Below the pieces are notes generated by a model. The model did not search any database and was not told the DNA's origin. It saw only the letters and a list, made by a program, of their open reading frames with translations. From Candidatus Cloacimonadota bacterium (lineage in GTDB: Bacteria; Cloacimonadota; Cloacimonadia; G963667145), in contig OY762943.1 in assembly GCA_963667145.1 (NCBI GenBank), positions 49,576-113,575 of the forward strand: 64,000 bases of DNA, in the 5' to 3' direction. This document shows, in pieces, positions 18,126-27,140 of this stretch; positions within the stretch are counted from its first letter, which is position 1; each line of letters starts with the position of its first letter. The translations under genes were made by a program, and so were the position numbers.

Positions 18126-18599
18126 ATGAATATTCTTGATACTATATTTTTGATATTGTCTTTTGCTTTGGCGGTGTACGGCTTCATCAAAGGGTTTCTT
18201 TGCTTTCTTACCAAAATTGCTGCCATCGTCATCACGTTTGCGTTGTGCTATATTTTTGGTGATTATTCCACCAATCTGATTATCGTGCAGTTGGGTTTGT
18301 CCGCCACTGTCGCCAAAATTCTTTCGTATGTTATTTTTTTTCTGATAGTTGTGATTTTGCTCAAGGTCTTCAGCGTTTACATTCACAAGATGATTAACTT
18401 TTTGGAAATCGGAGTTTACAATCGGTTTCTCGGTTCTATTTTTATGATTTTGCTGTTTTTGATAGTTGTCGTTATGGGATTTGTGGCTTTGAGGATATTT
18501 TTTGACTACAACCTTCTGCTAAATCCGACTGTCGCATCTTCCAAGATTATTCAGTTTCTGTTTGGGATTGTGCAACGGGTTTATCCTGGAATTATGTAA
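18126..18599 (+). CDS. cvpA: CvpA-family membrane protein
   Basis: MNILD...YGFIKGF...NRFLG pattern, 4 TM. Confidence 0.8.
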   Translation: MNILDTIFLILSFALAVYGFIKGFLCFLTKIAAIVITFALCYIFGDYSTNLIIVQLGLSATVAKILSYVIFFLIVVILLKVFSVYIHKMINFLEIGVYNRFLGSIFMILLFLIVVVMGFVALRIFFDYNLLLNPTVASSKIIQFLFGIVQRVYPGIM

Positions 18600-18600
18600 A

Positions 18601-19293
18601 ATGAAAAAGCTGATATACGCTTTGGACGATGAAGCCGATATTTTGGCTTTGATAGAAGCGAGTTTGCAAGACCAAAATCTGCAAGTTCAGACTTTTACTA
18701 ATTGTAGCGATTTTGAAGACGCTGTCATTCAGCAACTTCCCGATTTGGTGATTTTGGATTTGATGTTGCCTGGGAAAGATGGATTTGAGATTTGCAAAGA
18801 TTTGAAGAAGGCGTATTCCAAAATTCCTGTGTTGATGCTCACCGCCAGAGGAGACATAACTGACAAGGTGTTGGGCTTGGAACTCGGAGCAGACGACTAT
18901 TTGACGAAGCCTTTTCATCCCAAGGAACTTTTGGCTCGAGTTCGTGCGGCTTTGCGTCGTTCGTCGTTTGAGGCAGAATTGATTGAGAGGGAAGTTGACA
19001 AAGTTGAGCGGAGAGTTGGCAGTTCGCTTGTCATCAAATTCGACACGCATCAGGTCTTGGAATTTGGCAAAGAAATCAGTTTGACTTTTGCTGAGTTTTC
19101 TATTTTGGATTTGCTCTCCGAAAAGCCGAATATTGTCTTTTCCCGAGAAAAAATTTTGGATTTCGTTTGGGGACAAGATAAGATAGTGACTGACCGCAGT
19201 GTTGATGTGCATGTCACCAAGTTGCGAAATAAGTTAAAATCGGTGAAAATTAGTAGTGTGCGTTCGGTTGGCTACAAACTGGAGATATTGTGA
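18601..19293 (+). CDS. OmpR/PhoB-family response regulator
   Basis: LDDE, ILDLMLPGKDG, MLTA, GADDYLTKPF, winged-helix RSVDVHV. Confidence 0.93.
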   Translation: MKKLIYALDDEADILALIEASLQDQNLQVQTFTNCSDFEDAVIQQLPDLVILDLMLPGKDGFEICKDLKKAYSKIPVLMLTARGDITDKVLGLELGADDYLTKPFHPKELLARVRAALRRSSFEAELIEREVDKVERRVGSSLVIKFDTHQVLEFGKEISLTFAEFSILDLLSEKPNIVFSREKILDFVWGQDKIVTDRSVDVHVTKLRNKLKSVKISSVRSVGYKLEIL

Positions 19294-20453
19294 TTTGGAT
19301 TTTGTCGATTGGTGCATTGGTTTTGTTGGGGTGTTGTTTCTATTTCAAGCAGAGTTATTTGGCGTTGTTTGAGGAAGTTAGACGCTTGGCTTTGCATGGT
19401 AAGGTGAGCGAAAAAGCTGTTGGCAAAGAGTGGTCGGTTTATTTGCAGGACTTGAAGGAGCAAAAGAACCAGAATAAACGTCTGGCAATTCAAGAAAAAG
19501 ACGAGCTGAAGGGGATGATGCAGTTTTTGCAAACTCCTGTGTGGATGCAAGATAACGATGGAATGATTATTCGAGGAAATCAGGCGTTTCAGGAAATATT
19601 GAAGAAGAAATTCGAGCCAGATTTTTATTGGAACTTGATAGATTTCCCAGAGTTGTTCAGCTTTGTGGACGGCTTTGATGGGAAAAAGAACAATACTTCC
19701 AATTTGCATCTGGGCGATTCGTATTACATTGCCAGTGGTTCGTTGCTTCCATCGGGTGGCAAAGTGTTTATTTTGCAAGATATTACGGAATTGTCTGAAT
19801 TGCAGACGCTCAAAAAAGATCTCTTGATAAATATTTCTCACGAGCTTAAAACTCCGTTGACGACGATTAGCGGATTTTTGGAGCTTTTGCCTGCCGAAAA
19901 CGACAAGGTGCTAACAATTCTGAAGCGAAACGCAGAGCGATTGCGGTTGCTTGTGGACGATATTTTGCAACTATCCACCATAGAATCTTTGAGTTCGTTT
20001 GAGTTGGAGAAAATCGATTTGGTGCAAGTGGTGGAAGAGAGCAAATTGCTTTTTTCTGAGAAAAAGGTGCCGATTGAAACCAGCTTTTTTGCTGACAAAG
20101 TGGAGGTTTTTGCTGACCCATTCAGACTTCAGCAGGTTGTGGTTAACCTCCTGAGTAACGCTGTGAAGTACACATCCGACGGCAAAATAACCGTGAAGAT
20201 TGAGAAGATTGAAAACGGTTGTGAATTGAAGATAGTCGATACGGGAATTGGGATTTCCAAGGAGAACTTGCCGAAGATTTTTCAGAGATTTTTTGTTGGA
20301 GACAGCTCACGTTCCAAGTCTTTGGACAACACGGGTTTGGGCTTGGCGATTGTGAAGAACATAGTGGAAAAGCACGGATGGAAAATTGCTGTGGAGAGTG
20401 AGTTGGGAGTTGGCACGGAAGTGAAAATCAGGATTGCGGATAAATCTAACTGA
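19290..20453 (+). CDS. sensor histidine kinase (PhoR-like)
   Basis: SHELKTPL H-box, NLLSNAVKY, DTGIGI, GLGLAIVK; N-terminal TM; GTG start overlaps the regulator stop. Confidence 0.92.
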   Translation: MIWILSIGALVLLGCCFYFKQSYLALFEEVRRLALHGKVSEKAVGKEWSVYLQDLKEQKNQNKRLAIQEKDELKGMMQFLQTPVWMQDNDGMIIRGNQAFQEILKKKFEPDFYWNLIDFPELFSFVDGFDGKKNNTSNLHLGDSYYIASGSLLPSGGKVFILQDITELSELQTLKKDLLINISHELKTPLTTISGFLELLPAENDKVLTILKRNAERLRLLVDDILQLSTIESLSSFELEKIDLVQVVEESKLLFSEKKVPIETSFFADKVEVFADPFRLQQVVVNLLSNAVKYTSDGKITVKIEKIENGCELKIVDTGIGISKENLPKIFQRFFVGDSSRSKSLDNTGLGLAIVKNIVEKHGWKIAVESELGVGTEVKIRIADKSN

Positions 20454-20454
20454 G

Positions 20455-20919
20455 ATGAAAATTGAAGATTATTTGCCACTAATTTTAAAGGTGATTAAGC
20501 CTTATTCAAACAACGATAAGCACTTGGAAGAGGACTTGATACAAGAGGGTTTTTTGGGGATTATTGAGGCGAAAAATCACTACGATGCACAAAAAGGGAC
20601 GAAGTTCAGCTCGTATGCGTATTATTGGATACGAAAGAGGATTTTGGCTTATCTCGGCAAGGAGATTGAGCAAGGTGTTGGCGAAAATAATTTTCCCTTT
20701 TTGGAAGACGTCGCGGATGTAGAATGCAATTTTGATGAGGAAAAAATGCAACTTAATTTGCCTGAAAATATGCCAGATGAGGAGAGAAAAATTTTGGATT
20801 TGGTGTTTGTGGGGAATAAGTCTCTGCACGAAGTGGCGGAAGTTTTGGGCTATTCACGGGAAAGAGTTAGGCGATTGAAATCGAAAGCCCTCAGGAGACT
20901 GCGAGTTATCAACAAATGA
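20455..20919 (+). CDS. compact sigma-70-family sigma factor (regions 2 and 4 only)
   Basis: DLIQEGFLG...YDAQKGTKFSSYAYYWIR (region 2) and SLHEVAEVLGYSRERVRRLKSKAL (region 4.2). Confidence 0.85.
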   Translation: MKIEDYLPLILKVIKPYSNNDKHLEEDLIQEGFLGIIEAKNHYDAQKGTKFSSYAYYWIRKRILAYLGKEIEQGVGENNFPFLEDVADVECNFDEEKMQLNLPENMPDEERKILDLVFVGNKSLHEVAEVLGYSRERVRRLKSKALRRLRVINK

Positions 20920-20998
20920 AGCTGATTGCGATAAAAATAAATTGACAAGCTGTAGCTTCAAAATTTTCTGAAAAAGCAAAGTTAATTTCATGTACTTT

Positions 20999-21074
20999 GG
21001 GGCATTAGCTCAGTTGGTAGAGCACTACACTGGCAGTGTAGGGGTCAGCGGTTCAAGTCCGCTATGCTCCACCA
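20999..21074 (+). tRNA. tRNA-Ala(GGC)
   Basis: GGGGCAT/ATGCTCC acceptor stem with G3:U70, CTACA-CTGGCAG-TGTAG anticodon arm, GTTCAAG, CCA. Confidence 0.96.
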
Positions 21075-21083
21075 TTTTTTTAT

Positions 21084-21118
21084 AAAGCGTTTATCTACAT
21101 AAGATGAACGCTTTTTTT
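21084..21118 (+). terminator. intrinsic terminator after tRNA-Ala
   Basis: AAAGCGTTTATCT-acata-AGATGAACGCTTTTTTT. Confidence 0.75.
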
Positions 21119-21185
21119 CTTGACTTCATTGTCTTTATCTCTTTTATGCCTATTAGGTATGTTATTTTGATTTAGGAGAACTTAG

Positions 21186-22199
21186 ATGTTGAAAACGGTT
21201 TTTTCCAGTGATAACGCTTCTGGTGTTGATTTGCGAATTATCAGAGAGTTGAAGAAATGTAGTAGCAAATATCATGTGCCGTATGGTCATGAGGAATCGG
21301 TTACCGATGAGTTGTTTAGCGAATTTTTGGAACAAGATGTCAAGGCGTATTTTGTGTACAATGGCACGGCAGCAAATGTCTTGGGAATTACTTATGGTTT
21401 GCGTAGTCATCAGGCGGTAGTTTGTGCGGATACTGGACACATAAATGTGGACGAGTGTGGTGCTTTGGAGAAGATTTCGGGAAGCAAAATTTTGTATGTG
21501 CCTTCCGATGATGGCAAAATTTGTCCGCAGGATGTGGAAGCTTTTTTGTGGCAAGTGGGGAGTTATCATCGAGTTCAGCCGAAGGTGATTTACATAACTC
21601 AATCCACAGAACTTGGTGGGCTTTATTCACTGGAGGAGATTAGGGAATTAGCCGATTTCGCTCATGCTCACGAGATGTATTTGTATTTGGACGGAGCGAG
21701 AATTGCCAACGCTTTGGTCGCTTTGGATTGCTCTGCCAAGGAGCTTTTGGTGGATACTGGAGTGGATATATGCAGTTTCGGTGGCACTAAAAACGGTTTG
21801 ATGTTTGGGGAAGCTGTGATTTTCCTGAACACATATTTGGCGAAAGATTTCGATTTCTATCGCAAGCAAAATATGCAGTTGCATTCCAAACACGAGTATA
21901 TCTATCGTCAGTATGAGGCGTACGTCAATGATGGTATTTACTTGGAGAATGCGAAAAAGGCCAACGAGATGGCTACTTATTTGGAGAAGGAACTGCGTGG
22001 ATGGGTGGAACTGGAGCGTCCCGTGGAGACGAATATGCTTTTTCTTAGATTGAATGAAGCTCAGATTGATGCTTTTTGCAAGGAGTACGACAGCAGGGTA
22101 TTTGGGCTGAAAAATGGTGTGTTGCGTTTAGTGACTTCTTTTATGACGGACAAGCGTGAGATTTTTGAGTTGGCAGATGTTATTAAGAGGGCGAAGTAG
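21186..22199 (+). CDS. ltaE: low-specificity L-threonine aldolase
   Basis: FSSDNAS, NGTAAN, LYLDGARIANA, SFGGTKNG (PLP lysine). Confidence 0.88.
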   Translation: MLKTVFSSDNASGVDLRIIRELKKCSSKYHVPYGHEESVTDELFSEFLEQDVKAYFVYNGTAANVLGITYGLRSHQAVVCADTGHINVDECGALEKISGSKILYVPSDDGKICPQDVEAFLWQVGSYHRVQPKVIYITQSTELGGLYSLEEIRELADFAHAHEMYLYLDGARIANALVALDCSAKELLVDTGVDICSFGGTKNGLMFGEAVIFLNTYLAKDFDFYRKQNMQLHSKHEYIYRQYEAYVNDGIYLENAKKANEMATYLEKELRGWVELERPVETNMLFLRLNEAQIDAFCKEYDSRVFGLKNGVLRLVTSFMTDKREIFELADVIKRAK

Positions 22200-23462
22200 A
22201 TGATTAAAATTATTGGAAGCAGGGAGTTACCCGCTAATTTTTTTGCTCCTTTGGATTATAGCGGAGAGGATGCAGTTTTAGAGATTTTGGACGATGTCAA
22301 ATCCTATGGCGATAGAGCTATCAGGAAATATTCCCAGAAATTTGACGGAGTTGATTTAGATAAGTTTTTAATATCAAGTTCGGAGATAAGCAACGCTTAT
22401 TCGTTTTTGTCGAGCGAGCAGATAGAGGCGATTGAGTATTCTAAAAATAATTTGGAGAAATTTGCCAAGGCTCAGCTTGAGCAGTCCAAAAATTTTGAAC
22501 TGGAGACGGATAAAGGAGTTTGGTGTGGGCAGAGAGTTGTCCCTATTGAGAATGTGTGTGTGTACGCTCCTGGTGGCAATTTTCCTTTGCCATCTTCCGT
22601 GTTGATGGGCGTTGTTCCTGCCAAGGTGGCTGGTTGCAAGCGAATTGTGGTTTCTTCGCCTCCGTGTTTCCGAGGCTCTGTGCATCCTGCTGTGTTGGTT
22701 GCTGCGGACATTGCAGGGGCTGACGAGGTTTACGCTGTGGGAGGTGTGCAGGCGATAGGTGGATTTGCTTTTGGTTCGGAGAGTTTGCCTCGGGTCGATT
22801 TGATAGTTGGTCCTGGGAATAAATATGTTACGTTAGCCAAAAAAGCTGTGTATGGTGTAGTCGGCATCGACTTCATTGCAGGTCCATCGGAAGTGATGAT
22901 TATTGCTGACAAGGTTGCCAATCCTGAGTATATAGCGGCGGATATGTTGGCACAGGCTGAGCACGATGTCAACGCCAGTGCCTATTTGCTGACGGATGAC
23001 GATTATCTTGCGAAGAGTGTGAGTGTGGAGTTGGAAAAGCAGTTGAACAATTTGACAACACGAGATATAGCCAACCAATCTATTGAGAACAACAGTTATA
23101 TCGTTGTTTGCGAAGATTTGCAAGAGGCTGTGTCTATTTCCAATCGCAAAGCTCCAGAGCATTTGGAGTTGCAGACTGTTTGCAATAACGTCTTGTTGCC
23201 TCAGCTGACCAATTATGGATCGCTGTTCATCGGAGAGCAGTCTGTGGAGGCTTTGGGCGATTATTCTGCGGGAGTAAATCACACTTTGCCGACAGGTTTG
23301 TCTGCACGTTACACAGCCGGTTTGTCGGTGAACAATTTCATCAAAAAACAAACGACTTTGAGAGTGGAGGGAGCGAAAAAGGTTACGGAAGTTGCGGGAG
23401 TTTTTGCCAAGATGGAAGGCTTGGATGCTCATAGCAAATCTGCATTGAAGAGACTAGAATAG
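22200..23462 (+). CDS. hisD: histidinol dehydrogenase
   Basis: [45 protein letters not shown]. Confidence 0.95.
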   Translation: MIKIIGSRELPANFFAPLDYSGEDAVLEILDDVKSYGDRAIRKYSQKFDGVDLDKFLISSSEISNAYSFLSSEQIEAIEYSKNNLEKFAKAQLEQSKNFELETDKGVWCGQRVVPIENVCVYAPGGNFPLPSSVLMGVVPAKVAGCKRIVVSSPPCFRGSVHPAVLVAADIAGADEVYAVGGVQAIGGFAFGSESLPRVDLIVGPGNKYVTLAKKAVYGVVGIDFIAGPSEVMIIADKVANPEYIAADMLAQAEHDVNASAYLLTDDDYLAKSVSVELEKQLNNLTTRDIANQSIENNSYIVVCEDLQEAVSISNRKAPEHLELQTVCNNVLLPQLTNYGSLFIGEQSVEALGDYSAGVNHTLPTGLSARYTAGLSVNNFIKKQTTLRVEGAKKVTEVAGVFAKMEGLDAHSKSALKRLE

Positions 23463-23500
23463 TTTTGAATATAGAAGATTAACGAAAAAGGAGGAGTGAT

Positions 23501-25204
23501 ATGACTACTTTAATAGTAATTATTAGTCTGTTGCTTTACGTGTTGCTGTACAAGTCGTACGGCGGTAAACTGACAAAGATGGTGCAAGCGAACGATGATA
23601 ACGAAACTCCAGCTGTTCGTTTGCGGGACGATGTGGATTATGTGCCTGCCAGACCAACTGTGCTCTTTGGACACCATTTTGCTTCCATAGCGGGAGCTGC
23701 CCCGATTATTGGCCCAGTACTTGCTTTAGCTTGGGGTTGGGTACCTGCAATTTTATGGATTTGGTTTGGGAATATTCTCATTGGAGCTGTGCATGATTAT
23801 CTATCGGTGATGGCTTCTGTGCGTTATGATGGGAAGTCTGTCCAGTTTGTGGCTGCTGACGTGATCGGAGTAAGAACCAGTAAGATTTTTTATTGGTTGG
23901 TTCTTTTCATGATTATTTTGGTGATTTCCGCTTTCGGAGCTGTGGTTGGCGGAATGTATGTGGGGCAGCCTGCTGTGGCTTCTTCATATGTGCTCAAATT
24001 GGTTGCTGCTCTCATTTTGGGATATTTGATGTATAGCGTCAAAATGGATTTTCGCCTTGCAACTGCGATTGGTATTGTGCTTCTAATTTTTGCCATTATC
24101 GGTGGAACTTGGATGCCAATCAAACTTGGTTGGGGAACTTGGATGATAATTATTGGCGTGTATATTGTGGTGGCGTCTTCCGTGCCAGTGAATATCTTGC
24201 TGCAACCTCGAGATTATCTCAATTCTTGGCTTCTGTATTTTGGATTGGCGATAGGTCTTATCGCTGCTGTATTCAGTTTCCACGGATTTACCGCTCCTGC
24301 TTTTACTTCGTTTGCTCCTATTATTTCTGGTGGTAAGCCAACTCCATTTTGGCCAGCTATTGTGTTGATAATTGCTTGTGGTTCTTTGTCTGGATTTCAT
24401 GCATTGGTTGGCTCGGGAACTACTTCTAAGCAAGTGAGCAAAGAAAGCGATGTCAAGATTATCGGCTATGGTTCTATGCTCACTGAAGGATTCTTGTCCA
24501 CAATAGTGCTGATTTCGATTGCCGGATTCTCTTTTGGGATTTTGCAAGATGCAGGTACAGGGCTTACTCTGGATAATTGGGGAATGAAATACACAGGGGC
24601 TATGATGAGCAATTTTCCCAAAGCGGCTATGTTCGTTGAGTCTTATGCGAAAATGGTTGGAAGCACTTTCCTCAGCTTCATCCCTGTGAAATTCGTAAAA
24701 GTGATTGCAGGAATGTGGGTGGCTTCTTTCGCCATGACCACGCTTGATACTACTAACCGTTTGGGAAGATACGCTATTTGCGAAGTTTGTGCACCGCTCA
24801 AAGGCAAATCTGACAATTTGCATGCTTTCCTCACCAACAAATGGGTTGCTTCTACGATTCCTGCTTTGGTAGGTATGCTTTTGGCTTATACCAAGAGTTT
24901 CACGATTTTGTGGCCTTCGTTCAGCACGGCAAATCAGCTTTTGGCTTCTATCGTTATGTTTACCAGTGCAGCTTGGTTGTCCAAAAGGCTTAAAGTTAAG
25001 AATTTAAATATGGTTTTGATACCTGCTTATCTTCTGTGGATTACAGTGACCGCCGCAATTTTGTGGTTCAGTTTCGTGGTACTCCCTGGAACTATTGCCA
25101 CTAAACCTGTGACAGGTTACACGGTGATGTGTATCGAAATCACAATGATAATCCTTAACTTTATCTTCATCTACGATTTCCTCAAAACCAGGAAAGAAGC
25201 GTAA
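23501..25204 (+). CDS. cstA: carbon starvation protein A (CstA/BtsT-family transporter)
   Basis: TPAVRLRDDVDYVP, FGHHFASIAGAAPIIGP, QPRDYLN, IACGSLSGFHAL, LWPSFSTANQLLA. Confidence 0.93.
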   Translation: MTTLIVIISLLLYVLLYKSYGGKLTKMVQANDDNETPAVRLRDDVDYVPARPTVLFGHHFASIAGAAPIIGPVLALAWGWVPAILWIWFGNILIGAVHDYLSVMASVRYDGKSVQFVAADVIGVRTSKIFYWLVLFMIILVISAFGAVVGGMYVGQPAVASSYVLKLVAALILGYLMYSVKMDFRLATAIGIVLLIFAIIGGTWMPIKLGWGTWMIIIGVYIVVASSVPVNILLQPRDYLNSWLLYFGLAIGLIAAVFSFHGFTAPAFTSFAPIISGGKPTPFWPAIVLIIACGSLSGFHALVGSGTTSKQVSKESDVKIIGYGSMLTEGFLSTIVLISIAGFSFGILQDAGTGLTLDNWGMKYTGAMMSNFPKAAMFVESYAKMVGSTFLSFIPVKFVKVIAGMWVASFAMTTLDTTNRLGRYAICEVCAPLKGKSDNLHAFLTNKWVASTIPALVGMLLAYTKSFTILWPSFSTANQLLASIVMFTSAAWLSKRLKVKNLNMVLIPAYLLWITVTAAILWFSFVVLPGTIATKPVTGYTVMCIEITMIILNFIFIYDFLKTRKEA

Positions 25205-25216
25205 TTTTAAAAATTA

Positions 25217-25495
25217 ATGTCATTTTTGAAGCTTGATTTTTGGAAAAGGGCATGGGAGACCTTTGAGGCTATTCATCGAGGTAGAGCAGTGGAATCACTG
25301 CAAAATGAGTTGAATGAATTGGAAAACGTGTTTTGTCTGCTATCGATGAGTTGCTTGGTGGGGTTTCCTATGCCCATGTTTTATCATAGTTTGGAGTACT
25401 TACCCGATTTGCAAAAAGAGTTGGAAATGTTTTATCTAAAAGCGGAGCGTTCGGACGATATGTTGGCGACTATCGCTGCTATGAGTGAATTGTGA
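25217..25495 (+). CDS. small CstA-associated protein (resembles cory-CC-star-type proteins)
   Basis: 92 aa, ELENVFCLL..LVGFPMP...SLEYLP; lies between cstA and an ArsA-like ATPase, and its stop overlaps the next start. Confidence 0.75.
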   Translation: MSFLKLDFWKRAWETFEAIHRGRAVESLQNELNELENVFCLLSMSCLVGFPMPMFYHSLEYLPDLQKELEMFYLKAERSDDMLATIAAMSEL

Positions 25496-26385
25496 GACTG
25501 GCGTTCTTTTTGGGAAAAGGCGGAGTAGGGAAATCCACATGTTCTTCGGCTTTGGCTTATCAGTTGGCTACAAAAGGAGAAAAAACTTTATTAGCCTCTT
25601 TTGACCCTGCACATAATTTGGGAGACATTTTCGGTTTGAGATTGTCTGGCAAGATAAAGGGATTTTGTCCTCATCTGGATTTGTTGGAAATAGATTTGCA
25701 GAAAGCGACCGAGAATTACATAGCCAAAACCAAAGAACTGATTAAGCAGGTTTATTCGTACAACACGGCTTATAATGCGGATGGATATTTCAATCTTTTT
25801 CGCTATTTGCCCGGCATTCAAGAATATGCGTCCATCACGGCTTTGCTTGATTTGGTGCAGGAGCAGAAGGGGAATTACGACAACATAATTTTTGATACTC
25901 CTCCCACAGGTCTTACTTTGCGGGTGTTAGCGTTGCCGATGATTTCGATAAAGTGGCTAATGCAACTGAAGAGTTTGCGGGAGAAGATTTTGGACAAAAG
26001 GCATACGATAGCATCTATCAATGACCGCGAAAACAAATTACGTTGTCAGCAAGCGATGAAGACCGACAAAGTGTTGTCCAAAATTTGTCGAATGCTCAGA
26101 TGCTATCAAGAGTTTGACGACTTGTTGAAAAGCAATGAAGCTAAGTGTGGAATTGTTGTGAACCCCGACTTTTTGTCGTTACGCGAATCAGTACGAATAA
26201 AAGATGGATTGAGAGAGATTGGAATTAAGAGCAAGTTTTTGGTAATCAACAAGGTTACAGATGAAGTTCGTGATGCCGTGAAGGAAGCAAAAAAATCTTT
26301 GAACGATGATAACACAATTGATATTGAGATTTGCTGTAATTCATATTCGTACAAATTGAGCGACGATTTAACCAAAATTTTTTGA
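25492..26385 (+). CDS. ArsA/Get3 (TRC40)-family ATPase, single NBD
   Basis: GKGGVGKST, SFDPAHNLGD, LPGIQEY, FDTPPTG.TLR.L.LP, LVINKV. Confidence 0.9.
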   Translation: MRLAFFLGKGGVGKSTCSSALAYQLATKGEKTLLASFDPAHNLGDIFGLRLSGKIKGFCPHLDLLEIDLQKATENYIAKTKELIKQVYSYNTAYNADGYFNLFRYLPGIQEYASITALLDLVQEQKGNYDNIIFDTPPTGLTLRVLALPMISIKWLMQLKSLREKILDKRHTIASINDRENKLRCQQAMKTDKVLSKICRMLRCYQEFDDLLKSNEAKCGIVVNPDFLSLRESVRIKDGLREIGIKSKFLVINKVTDEVRDAVKEAKKSLNDDNTIDIEICCNSYSYKLSDDLTKIF

Positions 26386-26402
26386 GGAGAAAAGAGATTA
26401 TT

Positions 26403-27023
26403 ATGGAGCAAAACCCTTATTTTTATTTGTTCACAGCTTTGACGATAGCGTTGGCTTTCAGCTATTTTGTGGGTGCAAGGCGAAACAAAAAAATTTCCAG
26501 AGTTATTTTTAGAAATTTAGAAGATATTCTCAAGCCGAGCAAAAAAACTTACACCAACATTGGTGGTTTGATTGGCTATAATTTCGATTACGCCAAGATG
26601 AAGGCGAAGAAGATTTCCCGTGTAAATGGTGTTTTGACTTTGATTCCCAGACAGTCGCCTCTATATTTGCCGATTGCCAAACTTCTTGGAAGAAAAGACA
26701 AGCTGTACATAACCATTTTTGTAACGAATGTGGGCTTGAAACATACGTGGCACATCGTACACAACAAATGCAAAGAGCGTATTGACGTGGCAAATTTGCA
26801 GTGTGATAAGCTCAATTCAGGTGGTCAATCTGTGAATTTATTTCATCAAGAAGGCGACGAATGTGTAGCTATCAAAAAATTCATTGCAAATAACAGTTTG
26901 AAGCATTTGCGTCATTTGGCATATCATCCCGAGGACAAGTGCTTTTCTATGTTGTTGAAGCCAGGGAATATTTCCGAGGAGTTTGAGAAAATTTACGGCT
27001 TCATCAACTCGCTGATTAGTTAG
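26403..27023 (+). CDS. single-TM hypothetical protein with CCDC47/DUF1682-like motifs
   Basis: N-terminal TM followed by YFVGARRNKKI, LTLIPRQ and KDKLYITIFV. The ORF is well supported; the family call was made by eye. Confidence 0.65.
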   Translation: MEQNPYFYLFTALTIALAFSYFVGARRNKKISRVIFRNLEDILKPSKKTYTNIGGLIGYNFDYAKMKAKKISRVNGVLTLIPRQSPLYLPIAKLLGRKDKLYITIFVTNVGLKHTWHIVHNKCKERIDVANLQCDKLNSGGQSVNLFHQEGDECVAIKKFIANNSLKHLRHLAYHPEDKCFSMLLKPGNISEEFEKIYGFINSLIS

Positions 27024-27140
27024 ATTTTTAGTCTATTTGATAGATTATTCGTTTTTAGTGCAAATTCTGCATTATTTGGAAAAAGATTTTGACAAACAAC
27101 CACACAAAAAAAGTATCGCAAAAATTGTAAAGGACTGTTT

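Noticed and set aside
25492-26385. ArsA as part of an arsenic-resistance operon
   Set aside because: Single NBD, and no arsB/acr3, arsC, arsD or arsR in the window.
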